Assembly (NCBI GenBank): GCA_033764015.1 | Contig: JANRJK010000002.1 | Coordinates: 64,001 to 128,000, forward strand | DNA: 64,000 bases | Source: Candidatus Sumerlaeia bacterium | GTDB lineage: Bacteria; Sumerlaeota; Sumerlaeia; SLMS01; JANRJK01 | Direction: 5' to 3' | Shown here: in pieces, positions 29,692 through 38,351 of the stretch | How positions within the stretch are numbered: position 1 is the first letter of the stretch | Layout: each line of letters begins with the position of its first letter | Program-made: the position numbers and the translations under genes | Notes under the pieces: model-generated | The model's input: only the letters and a program-made list of their open reading frames with translations | What the model was told of the DNA's origin: nothing | Databases searched by the model: none

Positions 29692-32033
29692 TCCTCCGCG
29701 AACAGGTCCGTCTGCGCGCCGACGGTGGCGCGGCGGGCGCGGCGCTTCGCCCCGCCGGGGGGCGCGGGGCGCTCGTCGATGCGGATCCCCGCGGGCGCCA
29801 GGAGCGTCTGGAACGCGCGCCGCACGAGCAGCGCGTAGGCCGCCGGGTCGTAGCACATCTCCGGCGCCAGCAGCTTCGCGCAGCGCACCCGCAGCCCCGG
29901 GTCGCGGTTCTTCTGGTCCACGATCAGGTAGGTGATCCGCTCGCCGGCGTGGACGATGTAGCCGGCGGCCTCCGCCTGCCGCGCCGCGAGCGCCACCATG
30001 TTGTTGCCGCGGTACTCGGAGGGCGCCTTCGAGAGCGCCCGCGTGATGAACAGCTCCTCCCGCGGCACCTCGTGGCGCCACAGCGCGCGCTCCGCCTCGG
30101 CCAGCTCCTCCATCAGCTCCGGCGCCGCGTCGCGGTACTCCTCGAGGCTCCGCGCCCGCGCCAGCCGCTCGAGGCAGCGGAGCTGCAGGTCGCGCACGAA
30201 CGGCGGCTGGTCGTGCCGCCGCGCCTCGATGCCTCGGTACTTCAGCGAGCCGTCCTCGAACGCGCCGAAGAAGCGGTTCGGCACCGGGCGCCCCTCCTCC
30301 TGCCGCGAGGGCAGGAACGCGATCCAGCGGTAGAAGCCCTCGACGGCCATGGCGATGCCGGTCTCCTCCTCGAGCTCGCGGCACAGCGCGTCGATCTCCT
30401 CCCTCGACGGCTTGCCGCCGCGCTCCGGCGCGCGGCGGAGCCACAGGCAGTCCACGATCATGTGCAGCGCCTCGAAGCCGCGCGCCTCGCAGATCTCCCG
30501 CGCGCGCATCAGCCGGTCGCGGGCGAAGGCGCACACCGCCTCGTGCGCTTCGATGCGCCCGAAGCGCGCGTTGCGGTAGCCGAGGTAGCCGAAGCAGCAG
30601 ACCAGCAGCCACTTGAGCGCGCTCTGCCGCGAGTCGTGCCGCGCCGCCGCCGCCCCGTCGCCCGCCGCCCGCGCCCGCGAGCGCAGCGCCTTCAGCGCCC
30701 GCCGCTTCGCGATGATCGGCTCCAGCGACCGCGACACCAGCCCCCGCCGCCGCTGGCAGAGCGAGTAGCCCAGCTCCGGCACCGCCCCCTTCGGGCAGCA
30801 CGCGCAGTCCACCGTCTCCGGCGAGACGTTGAACCGCGACATGATCGTCGGGTACATCGACACGAAGTCGATCTCGACCACGTCCTCGTAGGCGCCCGTG
30901 AGCGGCTGGTACACGAGCCCGCCGCGGTCCGTCAGCAGCAGCCGCGCGGCGGACTTCCACGCCTCCGCCTTCGTCTTCTTCCAAGGGATCAGGTATCCCT
31001 CGCGGTACGCCAGATCGAGCTGGATCGCCGTGATGCCGGTCCCCACGGAGCGGCGCCCGATGCGCTGGATCGGCGTCTTCGAGACGCGGCACACCTCGAC
31101 CAGGCCGTCGAAGCCCGACTTGTCCACCATGAAGGAGTTCCGCCGGTCCAGGTGCCAGCGCCCGTGCAGCGGATAGTCCGGCGCCGAGTAGAGCACCTGC
31201 CCGTAGCTGAAGAACGAGCGTCCGTGGAGTTGCGCCTGCCGCGGGAACGGCGGCGGCTCCCGGTCCAGCAGCAGCGGCACCGGCTCGCCGTCCTCCGCCC
31301 GCGCCCGCTCCGCCAGCAGGTGCAGCAGCGGCATCAGCAGCGAATCGCCCCCCTCCGACAGGATCACGTCCGGGTCGTGCCGCGCGAGGAACCGGTTCAC
31401 CCCGCGCACCACCTCGGCGGGGGAGCCCCCCTCCCAGCGCTCCGTCCCCGCGCCGGGGATCGACAGCTCGATCCAGTCGAGCCGCGCGAGGCGCCGCGGC
31501 GGCGTGCCGGCGTAGCGCAGCTCGCCCGCGCCGCGCAGCTCCGCCACCACCAGCTCCGGCAGCGCGTACTCCGGCGCCCAGGGGTCCTCGGTCCCCGCGA
31601 TCCGCGCGAGGCGCCCTTCCGCGTCCGCCTCGTACGCGCACCCGCCGCAGGGCACCAGCGAGTGGTCCATGCAGTACTGCATCTCGGGCAGCAGGTCGGC
31701 GTTGAAGAACTCGACGTCCGGGTGGCGGCGGTACAGCTCGTTGAGCGTGGCGCGCCAGAGCGCAGGCTGCTCGATGCGGACCTCGACCGTGGCGCGTGGG
31801 CGGTCGGTCCAGAAGTCGCGCCGCTCCGCGCAGGGCCCGAGCACCGTCGCGTCCGCCGGCCGCGCGGCGAGCTCCGCCAGGAAGCGCCCGAGCGGTCCGC
31901 GCCGCCCCGCCGCGTGGAACGACGGGCGCCAAGCGGTGTCGAGCGTCCGCAGGCGGCGCCCGTCCGCGGCGATGAGCCAGACGGAGACGCCTTCCGGGCG
32001 GCAGTGGAGGTCGAAGAGGGTGGCGCTGCGCAT
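29688..32033 (-). CDS. Family B DNA polymerase, PolB2-type
   Basis: DFVSMYP, RQSALKWLLVCCFGYLG, HMIVDCLW, RGIEARRHD. Confidence 0.88.
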   Translation of the reverse strand: MRSATLFDLHCRPEGVSVWLIAADGRRLRTLDTAWRPSFHAAGRRGPLGRFLAELAARPADATVLGPCAERRDFWTDRPRATVEVRIEQPALWRATLNELYRRHPDVEFFNADLLPEMQYCMDHSLVPCGGCAYEADAEGRLARIAGTEDPWAPEYALPELVVAELRGAGELRYAGTPPRRLARLDWIELSIPGAGTERWEGGSPAEVVRGVNRFLARHDPDVILSEGGDSLLMPLLHLLAERARAEDGEPVPLLLDREPPPFPRQAQLHGRSFFSYGQVLYSAPDYPLHGRWHLDRRNSFMVDKSGFDGLVEVCRVSKTPIQRIGRRSVGTGITAIQLDLAYREGYLIPWKKTKAEAWKSAARLLLTDRGGLVYQPLTGAYEDVVEIDFVSMYPTIMSRFNVSPETVDCACCPKGAVPELGYSLCQRRRGLVSRSLEPIIAKRRALKALRSRARAAGDGAAAARHDSRQSALKWLLVCCFGYLGYRNARFGRIEAHEAVCAFARDRLMRAREICEARGFEALHMIVDCLWLRRAPERGGKPSREEIDALCRELEEETGIAMAVEGFYRWIAFLPSRQEEGRPVPNRFFGAFEDGSLKYRGIEARRHDQPPFVRDLQLRCLERLARARSLEEYRDAAPELMEELAEAERALWRHEVPREELFITRALSKAPSEYRGNNMVALAARQAEAAGYIVHAGERITYLIVDQKNRDPGLRVRCAKLLAPEMCYDPAAYALLVRRAFQTLLAPAGIRIDERPAPPGGAKRRARRATVGAQTDLFAED

Positions 32034-32280
32034 GGGCGGGTGCGCTTCCGGTCGGGAGCGGCATTCGCATTTACTTCGCCAAGTCGGGCTCCTGTCAACG
32101 GCACCCTCCGGCGCGGCGCGGTTGCCGCGCCGGAGGCTTGGAAGCTGTGGAGAACTTGTGGAGCTTTTGCGCTTGCGGCTCTGGGGCCCGGAGCGACTTT
32201 TGCCACTGTGCCCGACGCTGCGGGCACCACTCGTTCCTGCTCCCGCTCCCATTCCGCTCCCGCTCCAGAGGACACTATCC

Positions 32281-32541
32281 ATGACCGAAACCGTCGAACC
32301 CAGCAAGACACTGCGCGACCTGGTGGAATACATCGCGCGCGAGCTGGTGGACGATCCCCGCAACGTCACCGTCACCACGGTCGAAAGCGACACGGTCGTC
32401 GTGATCGAACTGCTCGTGGCGAAGGAGGACGTCGGCAAGGTGATCGGCAAGGGCGGCCAGACCGCCAAGGCGCTCCGGAAGGTGATCTCCGCAGCCGCCA
32501 CCAAGCATAAGAAGAAGTCGGTCCTCGACATCAAGGAATGA
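32281..32541 (+). CDS. khpA: KH-domain RNA-binding protein
   Basis: LVDDP, EDVGKVIGKGGQTAKALR; upstream of rimM. Confidence 0.9.
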   Translation: MTETVEPSKTLRDLVEYIARELVDDPRNVTVTTVESDTVVVIELLVAKEDVGKVIGKGGQTAKALRKVISAAATKHKKKSVLDIKE

Positions 32542-33092
32542 CCGCCAGCGCGCCCGGGGACGGCTTCCTCGCGATCGGCGCGGTGGCCCGGGCCCATGCG
32601 CTCCGGGGCGCCGTCGTCGTCAAGCCATTCGTCCGCGACCTCGAGCCGCTCCTGGCGGCCGGCCTTGAAGAGCTCCACCTGCGCCGCGGCGCCGCGCCTC
32701 CGCGCGCGCACTCCATCCGCAGCATCGCGCCCTTCGGGGCCGGCATGCTCCTGCTCGCGCTCGAAGGCGTCGGCGACCGCACCGCCGCGGAAGCGCTCGT
32801 CGGCTCCGAAATCCTCGTCCCGCGCGAGGACCTGTGGGAGCCCGCCGAGGGCGAGTACTTCATCGACGACTTGATCGGCCTCGAGGTGGTCGAGGACGCG
32901 CCGGGCGCCCGCGCCTTCGGCCCCGTGCTCGACATCCGCGAGGGCGCCGGCCACGACCACCTCGTCTTCGCCCACCCGGACAAGCCCGGCCGCGAGGCGC
33001 TCCTCCCCTTCGTCGCCGAATTCATCCGCGACGTCGATCCCGCCGCCCGTCGCGTTCTGGTCCGCATCCCCGACGGCCTCTTCGAGCTTTGA
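32538..33092 (+). CDS. rimM: Ribosome maturation factor RimM
   Basis: AHALRG, DRTAAEAL, EYFIDDLIGLEV, LLPFV. Confidence 0.88.
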   Translation: MTASAPGDGFLAIGAVARAHALRGAVVVKPFVRDLEPLLAAGLEELHLRRGAAPPRAHSIRSIAPFGAGMLLLALEGVGDRTAAEALVGSEILVPREDLWEPAEGEYFIDDLIGLEVVEDAPGARAFGPVLDIREGAGHDHLVFAHPDKPGREALLPFVAEFIRDVDPAARRVLVRIPDGLFEL

Positions 33093-33093
33093 C

Positions 33094-34002
33094 TTGAACC
33101 CCTTGGTCGTCCTGAAGGCGCTCCGGCCGAAGCAGTGGACGAAGAACCTGCTGCTCTTCGCGGGCATCGTCTTCGCACGGCAATGGGGCGACCCGGTCGC
33201 GCTGCGCAGCGCCTTCCTCGGCTTCCTCGTCTTCTGCCTGCTGAGCGGCGTGATCTACCTGGTCAACGACATCTGCGACCGCGAGAAGGACGCCCAGCAC
33301 CCGAAGAAGCGGCTGCGCCCGATCGCCTCCGGCGCGCTCTCCGTCGCCGCCGCCTGGGCGTGGGCCGCCTTCCTGCTCGTCGCGATGATGGGGCTGTCCA
33401 TCGCCGTCCTGCCGCTCAAGTTCACCATCGCGGCGGCGCTCTACGTGCTCCTCACCGTCGGCTACTCGTTCCTCTTCAAGCACGTCGCGATCCTCGACAT
33501 CCTGGTGCTCGCCATGGGCTTCGTGCTCCGCGCCGTGGCCGGCGTCGAGGCGATCAGCCGCCCCGACGCGCCCGTGCCGATCACCAGCTACTTCGTCCTG
33601 ACGACGCTCTTCCTCGCGCTGTTCCTCGCCATCTGCAAGCGCCGCAACGAACTGGTCACGCTCGGCGAGCACGCCGGCGAGCACCGCGCCGTCCTCTCGT
33701 CCTACAACACCCAGTACCTCGACCAGCTCGTGACGGTCGCCACCGCCGGCGTGCTCTTCAGCTACGCCCTCTGGACCACGCAGGGCAGCTTCGCCCAGGC
33801 GTCGCGCCCCAACATCGAGGCCTACACCATGGTGGCCACGATGCCGTTCGTCATCTTCGGCATCTTCCGCTACCTCTGGCTGGTCTACTCGCGCAACGAG
33901 GGGGGCGCGCCAGAGGCGCTGCTGCTGGAGGACCGGCCGCTGCTCGCCTCCGTCGCGCTCTGGTTCGCCGCCACCGTCGGCGTGCTCCTCTGGACGCGCT
34001 GA
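33094..34002 (+). CDS. UbiA-family decaprenyl-phosphate phosphoribosyltransferase-like protein
   Basis: RPKQWTKN, YLVNDICD, HPKKRLRPIASG, KRRNEL. Confidence 0.88.
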   Translation: MNPLVVLKALRPKQWTKNLLLFAGIVFARQWGDPVALRSAFLGFLVFCLLSGVIYLVNDICDREKDAQHPKKRLRPIASGALSVAAAWAWAAFLLVAMMGLSIAVLPLKFTIAAALYVLLTVGYSFLFKHVAILDILVLAMGFVLRAVAGVEAISRPDAPVPITSYFVLTTLFLALFLAICKRRNELVTLGEHAGEHRAVLSSYNTQYLDQLVTVATAGVLFSYALWTTQGSFAQASRPNIEAYTMVATMPFVIFGIFRYLWLVYSRNEGGAPEALLLEDRPLLASVALWFAATVGVLLWTR

Positions 34003-34069
34003 GAGCAGCCCTTGCCACCGTGCCCGCGGACGGGCTCCAATACCTTCGCGTTTCGATGAAGAGGAACCC

Positions 34070-35080
34070 ATGAGCGACAAGAAAATCCGCGCCGCCGTCA
34101 TCGGCGTCGGCCACCTCGGGCAGCACCACGCCCGCAACTACGCGCAGAACCCCCGCGCCGACCTGCTCTACGTCTGCGATTCCAACAAGGCGCAGGCCGA
34201 GAAGATCGGCAAGGCGTGGAACGCGATTCCCATCACCGACCCGGCCGAGCTCGTCGGCAAGGTCGACGCCGTCAGCATCGCCACCCCGACCGTCACCCAC
34301 TTCGACATCGGCGAGCTGATGCTCAAGAACGGCATCCACTGCCTGATCGAAAAGCCCGTCTGCGACAACGTGGTCGAAGCCGCCAAGCTGGCCGTCACCG
34401 CCGCGCGCAACTCGCTCATCCTACAGGTCGGCCACATCGAACACTTCAACATGGCCGTCCAGCGGTTCATGGAGATCCTCACCACGCCGCGCTTCATCGA
34501 ATGCCACCGGATCGGACCCTTCAATCCGCGCGTGAAGGACGTCGGCGTCGTCATGGACCTGATGATCCACGACATCGACATCATCCTCCGCATCGTCCAA
34601 TCCGAGATCAAGAGCATCGAAGCGGTCGGCATCCCCATCGTCACGGAACGCGAGGACATCGCCAACGCGCGCATCGTCTTCGAATCCGGCTGCATCGCCA
34701 ACATCACCGTGTCGCGCGTGACCCCCAAGCCGCTCCGCAAGCTCCGCGTCTTCCAGGACGACGCCTACGTCTCCCTCGACTACGCCAAGCAGGCGATGGA
34801 AGTGTACCGCCGAGTGCCGAACCCGGACTACGAGCGCCCCGGCGACGCGCGCTTCCTCATCGAGTCCAAGAAGCTGCGGATCAAGCGCGAGGAACCCCTC
34901 ATGCTCGAGATCGACCACTTCCTCGACTGCGTCCAGCGCGGCCGCACGCCGCGCACCGACGGCACGCAGGCGATGGAGGCCCTCGACGTGGTGATCCGCA
35001 TCACGGAGCTGATCCGCCAGAAGCAGACGTCGCTCCCCGCGGAACTGCTAACGATGCCCGGCGTCGCCGCACCGCGCTGA
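34070..35080 (+). CDS. Gfo/Idh/MocA oxidoreductase (GnnA-like)
   Basis: GVGHLG, IEKP, QVGHIE, DLMIHDID; adjacent to lpxB. Confidence 0.88.
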   Translation: MSDKKIRAAVIGVGHLGQHHARNYAQNPRADLLYVCDSNKAQAEKIGKAWNAIPITDPAELVGKVDAVSIATPTVTHFDIGELMLKNGIHCLIEKPVCDNVVEAAKLAVTAARNSLILQVGHIEHFNMAVQRFMEILTTPRFIECHRIGPFNPRVKDVGVVMDLMIHDIDIILRIVQSEIKSIEAVGIPIVTEREDIANARIVFESGCIANITVSRVTPKPLRKLRVFQDDAYVSLDYAKQAMEVYRRVPNPDYERPGDARFLIESKKLRIKREEPLMLEIDHFLDCVQRGRTPRTDGTQAMEALDVVIRITELIRQKQTSLPAELLTMPGVAAPR

Positions 35081-35102
35081 GGCGCACGCCCGGAGTGCCA
35101 CC

Positions 35103-36296
35103 GTGCGCGAGCTGACCTTCTACGTCATCGCCGGCGAGAACTCCGGCGACCTGCACGGGGCGAACCTGCTCAAGGCGATCAAGCGCCTGTACCCCCGCAG
35201 CCGCTTCATCGGCCTCGGAGGCAAGCAGCTCAAAGCCGCCGGCATGGAGCTCGAATCCAACATCGTCAACGACCTCGCCATCATCGGCCTGGTTGGGGTC
35301 CTGCAAAACCTCGGCCGCATCCGCCGCCTTTTCATCCGCACGATGTCGACACTCCGGCGCGAGCGCCCCGACGGCATCATCCTGATCGACTACCCGGGCT
35401 ACAACATCCGCATCGCCGCGCGCGCCAAGAAGCTCGGCATCCCGGTCATCTGGTACATCAGTCCCCAGGTCTGGGCTTGGCACGGCTCGCGGAAGTTCAC
35501 GCTCGCGGAAGTGGTCACCAAGATGGTCGTCATCTTCCCCTTCGAGAAACCGATCTACGAAGAGCTGAAGATGGATGTCGAGTACGTCGGACACCCCCTT
35601 TTCGACGTCATCAAGATCGACCAGACCAAGGAAGAGGTTTACGCCGAGTTCGCCCTCGATCCCGCCAAGCCCCTCATCACCATCGTCCCCGGCTCGCGCA
35701 CGAAGGAGGTCGAGGCATTCCTCCACACGATGCTGGAAGGGGCTAAGCGCTACCACGAGAGGCACCCCGACACCCAGTTCGCCATCATCCGCGCGACAAC
35801 CATCGATGCGGACCTGATCCGCAAGCGCATCAAGGAAGCGGGCCTCCCGTTCGAAGTGCCCATCGTTGAAAGACTTCGTTACAACCTGCGCTCGCACTGC
35901 GACTTCTCATGGGTGAAGAGCGGCACGAGCACTCTGGAGGCCGCCATCATGGGTGGCCCGATGCTGATTGTGTATCGAACCAATTACTTGACTTGGGCCA
36001 TTGGAAAGGAAATCTTCACCATTGGATACATTGGCCTTCCGAACATCGTCGCCAACAACCGCATCGTCCCCGAATTGCTTCAAGACCAATTCACTCCCCA
36101 GAACCTCGTGGACATCACAGAGCATTATCTGCTCAGCCCGGAGCGCTACGCATCAATGAAGGAAGAGTTGGCGCGCGTGCGCAGAAAACTCGGTGGCCCG
36201 GGAGCTTCGGAGAGAACCGCCTTGGCCGTTCTGGATGCCGTCGGCGCCAAACCCAACGAGGAGGTCCAGATCGCCAGTGCGATTCCAACAACTTGA
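35103..36296 (+). CDS. lpxB: Lipid A disaccharide synthase
   Basis: AGENSGDLHG, IDYPGYN, SPQVWAW, YVGHPL, PGSR, SGT.TLE. Confidence 0.96.
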   Translation: MRELTFYVIAGENSGDLHGANLLKAIKRLYPRSRFIGLGGKQLKAAGMELESNIVNDLAIIGLVGVLQNLGRIRRLFIRTMSTLRRERPDGIILIDYPGYNIRIAARAKKLGIPVIWYISPQVWAWHGSRKFTLAEVVTKMVVIFPFEKPIYEELKMDVEYVGHPLFDVIKIDQTKEEVYAEFALDPAKPLITIVPGSRTKEVEAFLHTMLEGAKRYHERHPDTQFAIIRATTIDADLIRKRIKEAGLPFEVPIVERLRYNLRSHCDFSWVKSGTSTLEAAIMGGPMLIVYRTNYLTWAIGKEIFTIGYIGLPNIVANNRIVPELLQDQFTPQNLVDITEHYLLSPERYASMKEELARVRRKLGGPGASERTALAVLDAVGAKPNEEVQIASAIPTT

Positions 36297-36813
36297 CCTT
36301 CCCGGCCTCGTGCTTATCACCCCCAAGGTGTTTGAGGACGAGCGCGGCTTCTTCTTGGAAACATACCGCAAGGATCAACTCCTGGCAGCGGGCATTGCGG
36401 TGGACTTCGTGCAAGACAACCACTCGAAGTCCCGCAAAGGCACGGTGCGCGGTCTGCACTACCAGACCTCTCCGGGGCAGGCCAAACTGATCCGATGCAC
36501 CAAAGGCGCGATCTGGGATATAGCTGTGGACATCCGACCCGATTCGGAGACCTTCGGCAAGTGGGTGGGTGTTGAACTGTCGGAGAACAACAAGCAATTG
36601 ATCTACATTCCCATCGGCTTCGCCCACGGGTTCGCTGTGCTCTCCGACGAAGCCGAGGTGCAGTACAAGTGCAGTAACTACTACGATGGAGCCACCGAGG
36701 CCGGCATCGCATGGAATGATCCCGAGGTCGCCGTCGATTGGAAGGTGTCCGCTCCCATCCTGAGCGTACGCGACCAGAACAATCCCCCACTTGCTTCGCT
36801 AAGAAAGAAGTAG
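36277..36813 (+). CDS. rfbC: dTDP-4-dehydrorhamnose 3,5-epimerase
   Basis: DERGFF, FVQDNHS, RGLHYQ, GFAHGF. Confidence 0.95.
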   Translation: MRFQQLDLPGLVLITPKVFEDERGFFLETYRKDQLLAAGIAVDFVQDNHSKSRKGTVRGLHYQTSPGQAKLIRCTKGAIWDIAVDIRPDSETFGKWVGVELSENNKQLIYIPIGFAHGFAVLSDEAEVQYKCSNYYDGATEAGIAWNDPEVAVDWKVSAPILSVRDQNNPPLASLRKK

Positions 36814-36816
36814 CTG

Positions 36817-38301
36817 ATGAAGGACCTTCCCCTTGTCGCAATCGTTGGCCGCCCGAACGTCGGGAAGTCTACTTTATTCAACCGGATCATCGGCCATCGC
36901 GAGGCGCTTGTGCACGAATCCCCCGGCATGACGCGCGACCGCAAATACGGCCGCGCCGAATATGCGGGAAAGCCGTTCCTGGTAATAGATACCGGCGGCT
37001 ATGAAGAGCAAACCGACTCGCAGATACTCGCCCGGATGCGTGAGCAAACGATGAATGCCATCGAGGAGGCGGATTCGATTCTCCTCGTCATGGATGGCCG
37101 CGAGCCGGCGCACCCGGTCGATCATGAACTAGTCCGAATCCTCCGCGAGAACAACAGGGCCTTTACGCTCGTAGTGAACAAGTGTGAGAACGAGAACCTC
37201 GTCGCGCAGGCGTACGCCGATTTCAGCGGTTATGGCCTACCGCAGGTGTACCCCGTCTCCGCGATGCACGGCGAAGGCATGTTCGATCTCCTTGATGAAG
37301 TAACGAAGGATTTCGCCACCGGCGAAGAAGAGTACGACCCTACGCGGCTCTCCGTTGCCATCGTTGGGCGGGTGAATGTCGGAAAGTCGACGCTCATTAA
37401 TCGCCTGCTGGGTGAGGAGCGAGTGATCGCCTCCCCCGTGCCGGGCACGACCCGCGACAGCATCGACACCGAGATCACTGTCAACGGCCAGCAGTTCACC
37501 CTGATCGACACCGCCGGAATCCGACGCCGCTCGCGCATCGAGCGCGGCGCCGAGGCCCTCTCCGTTCACGCATCCCTTCGTGCCATTGAGCGCGCGGAAG
37601 TCTGCTTGCTCTTGATGGATGCCACCGAGGGTGTCACCGATCAAGACCAGCACATCGCTGGCTACATTCAAGAGCGCAAGCGCGCCTGCATCCTCGTGGT
37701 CAACAAGTGGGATGCCATCGAAAAGGACAACGAAACGCACGGCGCCTACATCAAGATGCTCCGGAAGGAGTTCGGTTTCCTCAAGTGGGCTCCGATCCTG
37801 ACAATCAGCGGCAAGACTGGCCAGCGCGCCTCGAAGCTGTGGGCGCTCATCCGTATGTGTTCGGCGCAGTTCCGGCGTGAGTTCTCCACGCGCGAACTCA
37901 ATCTCGTGCTCAAGAAGGCGCTCGCGTTCGTTTCGCCCCCCACCCGCAAGAGCCAGCCCTTCAGCATCAAGTACGTCACGCAAACCGGGTACCGGCCGCC
38001 GGAGCTGACGCTCTTCGTCAATGATCCCAAGCTCTGCCACTTCAGCTACTTCCGCTACCTCGAGAACCAATTCCGGATGCAGCTCGACATGCAGGGATCG
38101 CCCATCATCCTGACATTGAAGCGGAAGGCCCCACCGCGTGGCTGGGAGCGAAACCTCGAGTTCGCCGGTCAGGAGCAGCTCAAGCGCGACCGTCGAATGC
38201 TACAGCTCGAGGAAGACTACGTAGCTGCCTCCTTCGATGAGGATGACGGAGTCCAGTTCGAGTATGTCTTCGAAAACGAAGACGAGGACGACGAAACCTG
38301 A
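36817..38301 (+). CDS. der: Ribosome biogenesis GTPase Der
   Basis: Two G domains GRPNVGKS and GRVNVGKS, DTGG/DTAG. Confidence 0.97.
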   Translation: MKDLPLVAIVGRPNVGKSTLFNRIIGHREALVHESPGMTRDRKYGRAEYAGKPFLVIDTGGYEEQTDSQILARMREQTMNAIEEADSILLVMDGREPAHPVDHELVRILRENNRAFTLVVNKCENENLVAQAYADFSGYGLPQVYPVSAMHGEGMFDLLDEVTKDFATGEEEYDPTRLSVAIVGRVNVGKSTLINRLLGEERVIASPVPGTTRDSIDTEITVNGQQFTLIDTAGIRRRSRIERGAEALSVHASLRAIERAEVCLLLMDATEGVTDQDQHIAGYIQERKRACILVVNKWDAIEKDNETHGAYIKMLRKEFGFLKWAPILTISGKTGQRASKLWALIRMCSAQFRREFSTRELNLVLKKALAFVSPPTRKSQPFSIKYVTQTGYRPPELTLFVNDPKLCHFSYFRYLENQFRMQLDMQGSPIILTLKRKAPPRGWERNLEFAGQEQLKRDRRMLQLEEDYVAASFDEDDGVQFEYVFENEDEDDET

Positions 38302-38351
38302 AATCCCCAGACACCTCTCCCGGTGAAGGCGGCTCAGCCCACCGGGGATCT

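Noticed and set aside
28261..32510. Very long alternative-frame ORFs (1269 and 1211 aa) and similar Arg/Ala/Pro-rich ORFs throughout
   Set aside because: Shadow frames of real genes caused by stop-codon scarcity at high GC
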